Origin: an uncultured Candidatus Saccharibacteria bacterium | Lineage (GTDB): Bacteria > Patescibacteriota > Minisyncoccia > Phycocordibacterales > DATDWN01 | Length of the DNA: 61,063 bases | NCBI GenBank assembly: GCA_964603545.1 | Contig: CAZRVD010000005.1 | Coordinates: 1-61,063, forward strand | Reading direction: 5' to 3' | In this document: piece after piece, positions 23,492 through 33,607 of the stretch | How positions within the stretch are numbered: position 1 is the stretch's first letter | How the letters are laid out: each line of letters starts with the position of its first letter | Notes under the pieces: model-generated | The model's database searches: none | Seen by the model: the letters and a program-made list of their open reading frames with translations, nothing else | Told to the model about the DNA's origin: nothing | Translations under genes and position numbers: made by a program

Positions 23492-25675
23492 TTATTGGCT
23501 CAAAATCTGGTTAATATAGAATTCCCCCTGATCTTTGAAACTTGGATCGTCTGCGATAATCTCCCTCAAAATACTGACGGCCTTTTGTTTTTGACCAATC
23601 GTTGCATAGACAGAGGCAAGAGACAGTTTGCTGTCCTTATTTTTTGGATCTTTAAGGAGTCTTGCATTCAATATATTTATTGCACTGCCATAATCACCAA
23701 TATTTGCGTAGGTGTTTAAGAAACGATTATCATACACGATTGTATCTGGATCTAGTTTTGTTGATAACTCTTTTAAAACGACTTCATTTTTTGTATAAAT
23801 GGCTCCAAGCGCATAAAGAATTTGAGATTCTCTGGATGAAGGTTTTAATTCATAAGCCGTTTTGAGTAGTTCAAATGCTTTCTTGTAATCTTTTTTGCCT
23901 AAGTAGGATGTTCCTAATTCAAAGTAAATAGTTTGTTTTTTAGGTGACTCTATTAGAGCTCGTTCTAAATATTTAATAGCTTCGTCATGCTGACCAAAAC
24001 GATTAAAGAAGCTTCCTGCAAAAACCAAATATCTTGCATCTTTCGGTGACTGGGCAACTTTCTCCTCAACTTTTGTTCTTGCTAAATCATAAAAGGCTTG
24101 TTTCTGAGCATCACTAATACCTGACTGAGCAGTCATTATTTGAGTAGCCGTAGTAACTAACTGCTCAACAGCTTCACTATCAGCAAAAGAATTGTAAGCA
24201 AAAACTTCTTTAAACAATTTGAGATTTTCATCTACTCCTTCTTTTTGGGGTGAAATTGCTTGTATGAGTGTAGTATTAGCTTTAAGTGGAGGAATGTTAA
24301 CAAAATAAACCGAACCAACAGTTAAAATCGCTACTAGTGGAAAAACTATATAATTCACACTCTCATCGCCAAAAGTTTTTGTGTAGAAGCTTCCCCCGCT
24401 ATCAACCGTATCCTTATTTTTATAATGAATAAGAGCCAGTACAGTAAAGAACATGATGTAGCTTATAAGGTTGTCAAATACAAATAGATTGTGGAACACG
24501 TAAGCGATCATCATCCCGCTTAATATACTTTTTTGTGAAATAGTAAGCAGGGACTCCTTTCTCCAAACGTAGTAGAAAAATGCAAGATAAATTAAAGCAT
24601 AAGAACTAAAACCTAAAATACCTCCAGCAATAAGCCAATCTAACACAACATTGTGTGTCCTATCAAACCATTCCTCCTGTCCAAACATATTTGGATTATA
24701 GTTTTTATTGAATACAAAATTAAAATTCTCTTGTCCCCAACCAAGAACTGGTCTCTCAGCAATTCCCTTTAGTGCCATAGGCCATACAAAATATCTACCC
24801 TGAGTTTTGAATTCCGAGGTTCCTAGTGTTGAAAATCTTGATAGCACTGGACTATTTTTTATCATAGGAGTATTGCGTAGCAATATGAAGCCTAGTACGA
24901 GAATCGCCATCAAACCTAAAATTGAGTACCCTGCCTTTTTTAATATTTTATTCTCTCTCTCTTTCCAAGCAATGAGAAGCCCAGTAAACATAAGGCCTCC
25001 GATAATACCCAATATAGCTCCTCTGGTTGCTGTAAAATAAAGTATTATTATCTCAAAAACTACAATTACTCCATAAGTCCATTTCAACCATTTTTTCGTC
25101 GCCTCATCAACGATCATATATATAGACAGAAATATATGAAACACTAGGTATATAGCAAAGTATGAAGCATTTCCCAACCTAGCATCTACACGATCAATAC
25201 CTTGATTTATTTGAAACTTACCAGCAAGTTGCAGAACCGCATAAAATGACATCAAAACACTAGCACCAATTGTGGTATTTAAGTATTTATTCCAAAGACT
25301 TTTAGTGTTTAACACTGATGACAAAACAACATAATATAGAAGTAAGTGAATTATCAAAACAAAACCTTCCATTCTCTCGAAGTTGCTCCAGAGACTTTTG
25401 TATGGATTAGCACCAAATAAGTCAGCAATTAACACAACAAAAGTAAAGAGAAATACTGCTTTTGTTATTCGAGTCATCCTTGGTCTATAAGCAGGCTCCA
25501 TTAAAGCTAGTGCCACAAATAAACCAAAAACTATTTCTATTAAAATCCTGAAGGTAAACCCTTTTCCTGTTATAAAAGGGAAAAACATTGTTCCAGGAAC
25601 AATAAAGGGTATAAAAGGGATGATAAATAAACCTACCAAAATTCCATACTTAAGAATATTTTTTGTTGTTGTCAT
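23492..25675 (-). CDS. O-antigen ligase/polymerase (Wzy_C)-like polytopic membrane protein with C-terminal TPR repeats
   Basis: 727 aa; ~12 TM segments, then TPR-like repeats (AIKYLERALIESP..., AFELLKTAYELKP...). Confidence 0.7.
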   Translation of the reverse strand: MTTTKNILKYGILVGLFIIPFIPFIVPGTMFFPFITGKGFTFRILIEIVFGLFVALALMEPAYRPRMTRITKAVFLFTFVVLIADLFGANPYKSLWSNFERMEGFVLIIHLLLYYVVLSSVLNTKSLWNKYLNTTIGASVLMSFYAVLQLAGKFQINQGIDRVDARLGNASYFAIYLVFHIFLSIYMIVDEATKKWLKWTYGVIVVFEIIILYFTATRGAILGIIGGLMFTGLLIAWKERENKILKKAGYSILGLMAILVLGFILLRNTPMIKNSPVLSRFSTLGTSEFKTQGRYFVWPMALKGIAERPVLGWGQENFNFVFNKNYNPNMFGQEEWFDRTHNVVLDWLIAGGILGFSSYALIYLAFFYYVWRKESLLTISQKSILSGMMIAYVFHNLFVFDNLISYIMFFTVLALIHYKNKDTVDSGGSFYTKTFGDESVNYIVFPLVAILTVGSVYFVNIPPLKANTTLIQAISPQKEGVDENLKLFKEVFAYNSFADSEAVEQLVTTATQIMTAQSGISDAQKQAFYDLARTKVEEKVAQSPKDARYLVFAGSFFNRFGQHDEAIKYLERALIESPKKQTIYFELGTSYLGKKDYKKAFELLKTAYELKPSSRESQILYALGAIYTKNEVVLKELSTKLDPDTIVYDNRFLNTYANIGDYGSAINILNARLLKDPKNKDSKLSLASVYATIGQKQKAVSILREIIADDPSFKDQGEFYINQILSQ

Positions 25676-25747
25676 GCAAATGAGTATAACAAATGACTCA
25701 GAAGCTTGCTAGTAAACTGCCCAGAAATGAGCTAAAATGGGTAAATT

Positions 25748-27028
25748 ATGGATTATTTTAGAGATAGAACAGTAGGTGGACTAAAATGGCTGGAAACCTA
25801 TGCTAAAACGGATATGGTCTATCTTGCTTCTGGTGGATTTTGGACCATTTTTAGCCAAGTAGTTATATCTTTTGGAACCTTTCTACTTGCCATATCATTT
25901 GCCCACTTTGTCTCAAAAGAAGCGTATGGGGAGTATAAATACATCCTATCTATTTCCAGTATTTTAGGAACTCTCACTCTTACTGGTTTGGGCAACGCAG
26001 TACTGAAATCAGTAGTTCAGGGCAACGAGGGCACGCTACAGTATGCTTTCTGGACAAATATGAAATGGAGTGTGTTTTCTTTTCTTTTAGCACTTGGTCT
26101 ATCTGCATACTATTTCTTAAACGATAACCAGTCACTTGGTATTGCACTTATAATAATAGGTGCATTTTCTCCTCTTTGGAGTAGTACCAATCTCTATGAT
26201 GCCTACTTAGCTGCAAAAAAAGACTTCAGGCGTAGCGCTATCTACTTCGGAATAATAGGAAACTTTTTTCCACTAATTTGTATATTCATTACACTTCTTC
26301 TTACTGACAACACTCTATGGCTAGTGTTTGTGTATTTTGCTTCTAATACCCTTATCGGGATAATTCTATATCTAAGGATATTCAAAATATACAAACCAAA
26401 CGATAAGGTAGATAAGGGTATTGTTAGTTATAGTAAACATTTAAGTATTATTAAGATACTGAGTGGATTAGCAAATAATATTGACCAGATATTAATCTTC
26501 CACTTCATTGGGCCAATTCAATTGGCGTTATACAACTTTGCCTTAGCAATGCCTAGCCAAATAAAGGGACCAGTTAAGGGAATAGCCACTATTGCACTCC
26601 CGAAATTTACTGAACGAGATGATTTAGAAATAAGAACCGGAATGAAAAATAAATATATTGTAGTCTTTGTATTGAGTATCATAATGATTGCTGTTTATAT
26701 TTTAATCGCTCCTTATGTTTTCAAAATATTTTTTCCAAAATACCTAGAGTCAATCTTCTACTCTCAAATACTCTCACTGTCACTGCTATCTATAATTTCT
26801 ATTCCCGTGGAAACATATTTTGTTGCAAAAGAAAAAATAAAAGAGCAGTATATCGCAAACATCACCGTACCAATACTACAAATGATAATTATGTTTGTAT
26901 TTATTTTGTGGAAAGGCCTTATTGGTATAGTAATTGCAAAAGTTATTACTAAAATCTTATGGAGTATAATAAACATTGCCCTCTTTCAAAAATTCCCAAA
27001 CAAAAATAATCCCGTCTCTGTAGCATAA
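25748..27028 (+). CDS. polysaccharide flippase (Wzx/MOP superfamily)
   Basis: 426-aa polytopic protein with ~12 TM segments at the head of the glycan locus. Confidence 0.7.
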   Translation: MDYFRDRTVGGLKWLETYAKTDMVYLASGGFWTIFSQVVISFGTFLLAISFAHFVSKEAYGEYKYILSISSILGTLTLTGLGNAVLKSVVQGNEGTLQYAFWTNMKWSVFSFLLALGLSAYYFLNDNQSLGIALIIIGAFSPLWSSTNLYDAYLAAKKDFRRSAIYFGIIGNFFPLICIFITLLLTDNTLWLVFVYFASNTLIGIILYLRIFKIYKPNDKVDKGIVSYSKHLSIIKILSGLANNIDQILIFHFIGPIQLALYNFALAMPSQIKGPVKGIATIALPKFTERDDLEIRTGMKNKYIVVFVLSIIMIAVYILIAPYVFKIFFPKYLESIFYSQILSLSLLSIISIPVETYFVAKEKIKEQYIANITVPILQMIIMFVFILWKGLIGIVIAKVITKILWSIINIALFQKFPNKNNPVSVA

Positions 27029-27048
27029 TGCAGAGATAATAAAAAAAT

Positions 27049-28134
27049 ATGAGTGAAACAAAAACAAAAAAACATCTACCCAACGTTACTCTGATTACTT
27101 TTGACTGTGTGAACCTAAAGCAGACACTAGCTGCCGCAGATATTTGTGAAAGAGAATTTTCATTTGGAGCAGTCAAAGTTTTGTCATCCATCCCTTCAGA
27201 CGACCCCAGAGTGGTTCCTGTTCCAGAATTGCTTAACAACTGGCAAAAATATTCAGAATTTTACATAAGAGAGTTTGCTAAACATGTTGATACAGAATAT
27301 GCACTTTGTTTTCATCCAGACAGTTTTATCGCTAACCCTTCTGCTTGGGAAGATGATTTCTTAAAATATGACTACCTGGGTTCACCATGGTATCAATTTG
27401 GAGGAGTAAAAGTCGGTGGCGGAGGTTTTAGTGTACGAAGTAAAAGGCTATTAGACTATATTTCAAATAATTATTTAAAAATAGGTGGGCCATTTCACCC
27501 GGAAGATCTATGGATTTGCAAAACAGCTAGGCCTTTTTTGGAAAAGGAGGGAATGACCTTTGGTCCACCAGAATTAGCTACACGCTTTAGTAAAGAAGGA
27601 AGCTTAAGAGGAGTCCATTGGAATGGAGAGTTTGGTTGGCACGGATCAAATTCAACGGACATGTCAAAATGGTTTGAGAAAAACCCGCAGTACAGAGAGA
27701 TTTTTCCACAAAAGTTTGATGATTTTACAGAGTTTATGCGCAGATACCCTGTGGAGGATAAAACTTTTCACGTCCTTCAGTGCAAACCTATCCAAGTTGA
27801 ACACTATAAAGAATTAGCAAGTGGAAAGAAGAATTATGACGCCAGAATAAATACTGACCTAGTAGATATCCCGGGCACCGCACTTGGACACAAACTTGTT
27901 TACAAGCTATTCAGAATTTCCGTGAAGCAAGTTGGTGTAGGAACATTTGAGCGCAAAATAAAAAGTATTGAAAAATTTAACACCAAAAAAGAACTGCTTG
28001 AGAAACACCCGGAAGTTAAAATCACCCCATCTTTCTCACTACCTAAATGGAAACAAAGATTAGTTAAGATATTTGGTAATATAATTTTTCCAAACAACAA
28101 GTCTTATACCCTATTTAATTTCGAACAAATCTAA
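27049..28134 (+). CDS. DUF5672-like (glycosyltransferase-like) protein with a C-terminal ASCH/DUF3850-like domain
   Basis: YDYLGSPW...GGGGFSVRSKRLL resembles the DUF5672 pattern. The C-terminal FHVLQCKPIQVEHYKELASGKKNYDARIN resembles the ASCH/DUF3850 N-terminal strand pattern. Both calls are from memory. Confidence 0.55.
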   Translation: MSETKTKKHLPNVTLITFDCVNLKQTLAAADICEREFSFGAVKVLSSIPSDDPRVVPVPELLNNWQKYSEFYIREFAKHVDTEYALCFHPDSFIANPSAWEDDFLKYDYLGSPWYQFGGVKVGGGGFSVRSKRLLDYISNNYLKIGGPFHPEDLWICKTARPFLEKEGMTFGPPELATRFSKEGSLRGVHWNGEFGWHGSNSTDMSKWFEKNPQYREIFPQKFDDFTEFMRRYPVEDKTFHVLQCKPIQVEHYKELASGKKNYDARINTDLVDIPGTALGHKLVYKLFRISVKQVGVGTFERKIKSIEKFNTKKELLEKHPEVKITPSFSLPKWKQRLVKIFGNIIFPNNKSYTLFNFEQI

Positions 28135-29367
28135 CTAAACAATTCTAACTGTTGGAACAGGAATTATAAATTTCACTCCCTTTTCCCGAAGTTCTTTTTC
28201 TTTTTCCAAAATACTGTCAGCATAATTCCAAGATAGAAGTAGAATATAATCTGGTATTTCTTTTTTTAGATTTTCTGGAGATACTATCAAGATGCGGGAA
28301 CCCGGAGTAAATGCTCCTTGTTTTGATGGTGTGGTATCTGTTATGTAGTCAATAATATCTGGCCCTATTTTAAAATAGTTGAGTAATGTGTTCCCTTTTG
28401 CTGGCGCACCATAACCTACTATTCTTTTACCAGTTTCCTTTAGCCTAGACAGCAGACTCTTGAGTTCGTGTTTATTTGATTCAACTTTTTTGGAAAAATC
28501 CTGATAAGTTTTCACATCCGCTAATCCCATATCTACTTCTCGCTTAAGAAAATTTTCTACATTTTTTGAACTATCGCCAGAGAGCCCAACATAAACTCGA
28601 ATAGACTCGCCATGAATTGGAATGGACTTTACATCTCGCACAACCATACCAAGGGAATCAATAAGATGTTTTAGACTATGAAGAGAATGATAATAAAAAT
28701 GTTCGTGATAAATCTGGTCAAAGCCTCCATCTGTAAGTAAATTACCAACCCAGTGGACTTCAAAAATAAACTGCCCTTTGGGAGAAAGTAGTATTTTTAC
28801 TCCAGTAAAAACATCCTTTATGTTATTTATGTGAGCCATGACATTGTTGGCCACGATTACTTTGGCAGGACCTTCATTGTGTAGAATATCTTCTGCTAGT
28901 TTGGAGTCAAAAAAATCTACACGAGTCGGGACACTGTTATCTTCAGCAAGTTTTGCGATGTTATCTGCTGGATCAATACCAAGTATTCTTGTCTTTCCTT
29001 TTAGGCGAGAAAGCAAACTACCGTCATTACTACCTATTTCAATTACCAATTCATTTTGATTTTCAATATGATTTTCTGCTATATCATCCGCTAATCTGTG
29101 GAAATGTTCTACCAATGGTTTACTTGCTCCAGTTGTATAACTATAATTTTTAAAAATGAGTTCAGAAGGCACAATGTGTACTAACTGAAGCGACTTACAG
29201 TTTGTACAAACTTGAACTGAAAGTGGATAAAATGGCTCACGTAAGTTAAGATCTTCTTTTTTTAAGAATGCATTTGAAACTGGCATCTCGCCAAGATCAA
29301 GAACTGGAACAAGACCTGTCCCTTCACACATCCCACAAATTTCTTTTTTATAAACAGATTGACTCAT
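28135..29367 (-). CDS. NDP-hexose C-methyltransferase (TylCIII-like: Zn-ribbon + SAM MTase + C-terminal domain)
   Basis: N-terminal CGMCEGTG...CTNCKSLQL zinc-binding pattern and SAM-binding VIEIGSNDG. Size and architecture are typical of sugar C3-methyltransferases. Confidence 0.75.
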   Translation of the reverse strand: MSQSVYKKEICGMCEGTGLVPVLDLGEMPVSNAFLKKEDLNLREPFYPLSVQVCTNCKSLQLVHIVPSELIFKNYSYTTGASKPLVEHFHRLADDIAENHIENQNELVIEIGSNDGSLLSRLKGKTRILGIDPADNIAKLAEDNSVPTRVDFFDSKLAEDILHNEGPAKVIVANNVMAHINNIKDVFTGVKILLSPKGQFIFEVHWVGNLLTDGGFDQIYHEHFYYHSLHSLKHLIDSLGMVVRDVKSIPIHGESIRVYVGLSGDSSKNVENFLKREVDMGLADVKTYQDFSKKVESNKHELKSLLSRLKETGKRIVGYGAPAKGNTLLNYFKIGPDIIDYITDTTPSKQGAFTPGSRILIVSPENLKKEIPDYILLLSWNYADSILEKEKELREKGVKFIIPVPTVRIV

Positions 29368-29376
29368 AGTTTAAAA

Positions 29377-30201
29377 CTATTTCCACTCCGTCTCCAAGTA
29401 TTCTTTTAAAGCAACTTTCCAATGTCTAGAGGTTGATATTTTAGAAATCATGCCTTCGTTGTATGTTCGGAATGCATCCATTTTGAAATCGCTCATTTTA
29501 ACTGGTAGAACTTTTGTTTTCTTTCCTAATATTTTTACTATAGCTTCTGCAAATTCATATCTTGAACAAACTCCTTTTCCAGCTAGGTTATGTATCCCCC
29601 TGCTATCCTCTTTCAAAAGTTTTTTTATTCCAGCGACTAAATCCTTGCCAAAAGTCGGCGAACCTATTTGGTCTGTAACCACTTTGATTTCTTTACCATC
29701 AAGTTGTTTGATTATTTTCGCCACAAATTTTTGGTCTTTCTCTGGACCACCTCCAAACATCCAGCATACTCTTGCAATGACGTAGTCTTTTAACATGCCT
29801 TGTATAGCTAATTCTCCCAAATGTTTTGTTCTTCCATAATAATTTGTTGGATTTGGAATATCTTTTTCTGTGTAAGAAGTCTTTTTCGTTCCATCAAAAA
29901 CACCCGCTGTAGAAACGTAGACTAGTTTAATTCCAAGTTCTTTGGCAACGAGAGCCATGTGGTAAGTACCAACCGCGTTAACCATATAAGCATGTTCAGA
30001 GTCTCTTTCACATCTATCAACATCTGTTTCGGCAGCGAGGTGAACTATGGCCGATGGTTTGTATTTTCTACAAACAGCCTGAACTTCCTTAAGGTCCGTT
30101 ACATCAAGTGATCGCCTGTTTGTCTTTATGCCAAAATCTACGTAACTTCCAACCATACCGTCGCTACCCGTTACCAGAACTTTGTTTAAGTCTATTTTCA
30201 T
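29377..30201 (-). CDS. rfbD: dTDP-4-dehydrorhamnose reductase-like NAD(P)-dependent sugar reductase
   Basis: VLVTGSDGMVGSYV Rossmann motif, IVHLAAETDVDRCERD, 274 aa. Confidence 0.7.
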   Translation of the reverse strand: MKIDLNKVLVTGSDGMVGSYVDFGIKTNRRSLDVTDLKEVQAVCRKYKPSAIVHLAAETDVDRCERDSEHAYMVNAVGTYHMALVAKELGIKLVYVSTAGVFDGTKKTSYTEKDIPNPTNYYGRTKHLGELAIQGMLKDYVIARVCWMFGGGPEKDQKFVAKIIKQLDGKEIKVVTDQIGSPTFGKDLVAGIKKLLKEDSRGIHNLAGKGVCSRYEFAEAIVKILGKKTKVLPVKMSDFKMDAFRTYNEGMISKISTSRHWKVALKEYLETEWK

Positions 30202-30282
30202 AAAATGAATTATCTCTTAAGTACAAACATTATCAAATCTCACTAATATTATCAATTTCTGATTTAAATTTTTGAAACAAAA

Positions 30283-30328
30283 AAACAGCAGGCCGGAGGG
30301 GGTGAATTCACCCCTCCATTCCCGCTGG
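30283..30328 (-). terminator. intrinsic terminator of GC-rich cassette 2
   Basis: Minus strand: CAGCGGG..GGAGGGGTG-AATT-CACCCCCTCC..CCTGCTG followed by TTTTTTTG. Confidence 0.7.
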
Positions 30329-30356
30329 TAGCTCGTGAGCTCAGGGAGACCCTTGT

Positions 30357-30941
30357 TCAGACCTTTCCGTGGAACTCACCGTAGTATGGCATGGCGCCAT
30401 TCAGCATCACGTTGATGGCCATCTGGAGGTAGAATCTGTTTGAGGGAACCATGGCTACTTCCCCCAACCGGCTGACCGGAACCCAGTCACGTCGATACTC
30501 ACCGTCTTGTATTGTTGCCGGCCGACCCGGCAACAATCTGGCGAATACCACGACATAAGCGTGATCACGTTTGGTGTGTGGTGAGACTCCCAGACCACAG
30601 AATCTGAAGTCTCCAGCAATCGTTGGAATGTAGGACTCTTCCGCGCAGTGACGCTCAAAAAGTCCTTGGAGAACATCCCCGGTCATAACGGTAAACCCTT
30701 GGGTACCGTACATGCTGGGAAAGTGTGGATCGTCGGGAGGCCTCAAATCGAGAAGAACCTCCCACCCGGTGCCATCAGCCGACGGACAGAACTCTACGCA
30801 CTCGTGGTGCACTGTTGGGAAGGTTTTCAATCTTTCCCAGTAGATAGAAGCAGGAAGATACCCACCCTGCTTTCTAATCCACTGAAACACTTCAACGAGC
30901 AACGCCTCTCTTTCGCCCTGCTCCATCTTTTCCAGTTCCAC
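30357..30941 (-). CDS. hypothetical GC-rich protein (cassette 2); weak degenerate Nudix-box-like stretch
   Basis: ORF 30357..30956. GTG at 30941 is preferred because GGAGG lies 8 nt upstream. The stretch GDVLQGLFERHCAEESYI loosely resembles the Nudix box (Ex7REUxEExGU) but lacks several invariant residues. Confidence 0.65.
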   Translation of the reverse strand: MELEKMEQGEREALLVEVFQWIRKQGGYLPASIYWERLKTFPTVHHECVEFCPSADGTGWEVLLDLRPPDDPHFPSMYGTQGFTVMTGDVLQGLFERHCAEESYIPTIAGDFRFCGLGVSPHTKRDHAYVVVFARLLPGRPATIQDGEYRRDWVPVSRLGEVAMVPSNRFYLQMAINVMLNGAMPYYGEFHGKV

Positions 30942-30958
30942 CTGAATAACCTCCAATC

Positions 30959-30976
30959 AGCACGAAATCTCGTGCT
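30959..30976 (-). promoter_or_regulatory. 7-bp hairpin in the cassette-2 5' leader immediately upstream of its SD
   Basis: AGCACGA-(4 nt)-TCGTGCT. Confidence 0.4.
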
Positions 30977-30987
30977 TCCTGGCACAA

Positions 30988-31016
30988 AAATAACACACTA
31001 AATACTAGTTTGTCAA
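30988..31016 (-). promoter_or_regulatory. putative promoter of cassette 2
   Basis: Minus strand: TTGACA (31016-31011), 17-nt spacer, weak -10 TTATTT. Confidence 0.4.
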
Positions 31017-31021
31017 ATATT

Positions 31022-31735
31022 TTATTTTTTCTTACTTTTCTCCACCGCCCAGTTAATAGAATTAACCATTGAATCAAAAGTCCCAGCATCAGACCAGAAA
31101 CCATCTACCATTTCCGCTTTCATGGTTCCGGCTTTTACGTATGCATTGTTTACATCTGTCAGCTCAAGCTCCCCTCTCCAAGAAGGTTTTAATTTTTTTA
31201 TAATATCAAAAACTTTATTGTCGTATTGATACAGTCCAGTTGTAACAAAATTTGATTCTGGTTTCTTTGGCTTTTCAACAATTTTAATAATTTTATTACC
31301 TTTTAGAGTTGCTACACCAAATCTTTCTGGATCAGGCACCTCTTTCAAAAAAACTTTTGCTCCTTTTTTAAAACTTGAAAGCTCTGATTTAAAATTATCT
31401 TCATAAATGTTGTCTCCAAGAATAACAGTCATTGGCCCGCCATCAGCAAAGTCTTCTGCTAAGAGAAGTGCGTGAGCAATACCTCCTGCCTGTACCTGAA
31501 CTTTATATGTAAATTTTACTCCATAGTCCGAACCAGAACCTAAATACTCCACAAAGTCCCCCGCGTGCTCTCTTCCAGAAACTATGAGTATATCCTTGAT
31601 CCCTGCCTGAAGAAGAACCCGCAGTGGATACTCAATCATTGCCTTGTCAAAAATAGGGAGTAAATGTTTGTTTGTAATTTTTGTAAGTGGTAGAAGTCTT
31701 GTCCCCTTACCCCCAGCCAATATAATTCCTTTCAT
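31022..31735 (-). CDS. sugar-1-phosphate nucleotidylyltransferase (short-form glucose-1-phosphate thymidylyltransferase-like)
   Basis: MKGIILAGGKGTRLLPLT signature; 237 aa; directly downstream of rfbB. Confidence 0.8.
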   Translation of the reverse strand: MKGIILAGGKGTRLLPLTKITNKHLLPIFDKAMIEYPLRVLLQAGIKDILIVSGREHAGDFVEYLGSGSDYGVKFTYKVQVQAGGIAHALLLAEDFADGGPMTVILGDNIYEDNFKSELSSFKKGAKVFLKEVPDPERFGVATLKGNKIIKIVEKPKKPESNFVTTGLYQYDNKVFDIIKKLKPSWRGELELTDVNNAYVKAGTMKAEMVDGFWSDAGTFDSMVNSINWAVEKSKKK

Positions 31736-31736
31736 A

Positions 31737-32801
31737 TTATTTCTTTATTTTTTTACTTTCTTGTAATTTATGCTTTCTCCACAAATCAATATGTGGATTA
31801 AATACCCCCGTCTTTTTCCTAACACCATCTATCCACTTCGGGTTATCCAGGTACCATTTTATTGTCTCATTAAAAGCTTTTTCAAAACTATATTTCGGTT
31901 TCCATCCTAATTCCTTTTTTATTTTTGATGAATCAACTGCGTACCTTCTGTCGTGACCTGGCCTGTCCGTTACAAACTCAAAAATAGATTTGTCTTTCTT
32001 GAAATACTTGGCAATTTTCTCTGCGATTATTAAATTGTTAATCTCGTTATCAGCTCCTATATTGTAAACTTCTCCTGGTTTACCTCTAAACAAACACAGC
32101 TCTAGCGCACTACAGTGGTCTAAAACATAAATCCAATCTCTTACATTTTTACCATCTCCATATAAAGGCAAGGTTTTATTTTCCAACATTCTTAAAATGA
32201 AAAAAGGTATGAGTTTTTCTGGGTACTGAAATGGACCATAGTTATTTGAACAATGTGTCACCACTACTGGAACTTTCCAAGTACTGTAATAAGCATTACA
32301 CAATAAATCTGCTCCAGCCTTGGTTGCCGAATATGGAACATTTGGAGAAAAAGCTGTTGTTTCCTTGAAAGATTTTTTAGAATCAAGTGGTAAGCTACCA
32401 AAAACTTCGTCAGTACTAACTTGAACAAACTTTTTAGCTCCATATTTCTTGACAGCCTCAAGGATATTAAAAACTCCAACAATATTTGTATCAATAAACT
32501 CTTTCGCGCCAACATGAATACTCCTATCAACATGAGTTTCTGCAGCGAAGTTTACTATATATGTTGGCTTGTACTTTTTAAAAACCTTTTCTATTACACT
32601 ACTGCTCGCGACATCACCTTTTATAAAAGCGTACCTAGGAGATTTTTCAACATCTTTTAAATTATCCTTATTACCAGAATAAGTCAGACTATCTAAATTA
32701 ATAACCTTAACTTCCTTATGTTTGCCCAGTATGTATTTAATAAAGTTAGAACCTATGAAACCAGCACCGCCCGTAACTAGTACAATTTCTTGTGTTTTCA
32801 T
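31737..32801 (-). CDS. rfbB: dTDP-glucose 4,6-dehydratase
   Basis: VTGGAGFIGSNF, YSATKAG, DRPGHDRRYAVDSSKIKKELGW. Confidence 0.9.
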   Translation of the reverse strand: MKTQEIVLVTGGAGFIGSNFIKYILGKHKEVKVINLDSLTYSGNKDNLKDVEKSPRYAFIKGDVASSSVIEKVFKKYKPTYIVNFAAETHVDRSIHVGAKEFIDTNIVGVFNILEAVKKYGAKKFVQVSTDEVFGSLPLDSKKSFKETTAFSPNVPYSATKAGADLLCNAYYSTWKVPVVVTHCSNNYGPFQYPEKLIPFFILRMLENKTLPLYGDGKNVRDWIYVLDHCSALELCLFRGKPGEVYNIGADNEINNLIIAEKIAKYFKKDKSIFEFVTDRPGHDRRYAVDSSKIKKELGWKPKYSFEKAFNETIKWYLDNPKWIDGVRKKTGVFNPHIDLWRKHKLQESKKIKK

Positions 32802-32854
32802 GTGAATTACAATATAGACCTAAAAAGGCCTAAAATCAACCCCCTCTCTGCTGG

Positions 32855-33601
32855 TTATACTGGACTACAAATAGCCAGTAAGTGCTCACCTCTTTTTGAA
32901 TCCGAAATAAGATAAAACCGTTTGTATAAACTTACCAATAGCTTTCTTAGGGGCTCAAAACGAAGTACATAAAAACGATTTATTAAAAGAAAACGAAGAA
33001 ACCAAGAGCCTCTACCATCATGTAGCCATTCAAACTTTTCTACCTTAAATTTGCCAGACAGCTGAGCCGACATAACATTCTCGTCATAATGCCTATAATG
33101 TTTTTTATTGAGTGGTAAAACTGTAGATGGTACTGTTATTATAAGTTTTCCGTTACTTGATATTTTTTCTCGAAGCATACTCACGAACCCAGGAATAATT
33201 TCGTCCGGTATATGCTCCATAGTTTCAATACAAGTAATCACATCAAAAGTATTTATCCTACTGTTTGAAAAATCCTCAGCATAAAATTCTACATTACTAG
33301 ACCCATAAGAATATGCTTTAGCAAAATTTATACCGCGAGTAGATAGGTCGTACCCATAAAAGTTAGTAGCAGGGTATATTTTGGATAATTCTAAAATCAG
33401 TTTTCCGTCCCCACAACCAACATCAGCAACTTTTTTTAAACTACTTGTACTATCTATATAACTCATAACCCTTGAGATGTATCCAAAATATCCTAGTCCC
33501 CACGACAAAGCCTTGTATACACCGCCATCCATTGATACAAAATGGTGATAGGGCTCTTCGTATTGATTATCCTGTAGGTCAAACTTGTCGTATTTTTCCA
33601 T
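32855..33601 (-). CDS. class I SAM-dependent methyltransferase
   Basis: VADVGCGDGKL motif I; 248 aa. Confidence 0.75.
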   Translation of the reverse strand: MEKYDKFDLQDNQYEEPYHHFVSMDGGVYKALSWGLGYFGYISRVMSYIDSTSSLKKVADVGCGDGKLILELSKIYPATNFYGYDLSTRGINFAKAYSYGSSNVEFYAEDFSNSRINTFDVITCIETMEHIPDEIIPGFVSMLREKISSNGKLIITVPSTVLPLNKKHYRHYDENVMSAQLSGKFKVEKFEWLHDGRGSWFLRFLLINRFYVLRFEPLRKLLVSLYKRFYLISDSKRGEHLLAICSPV

Positions 33602-33607
33602 ATAATA

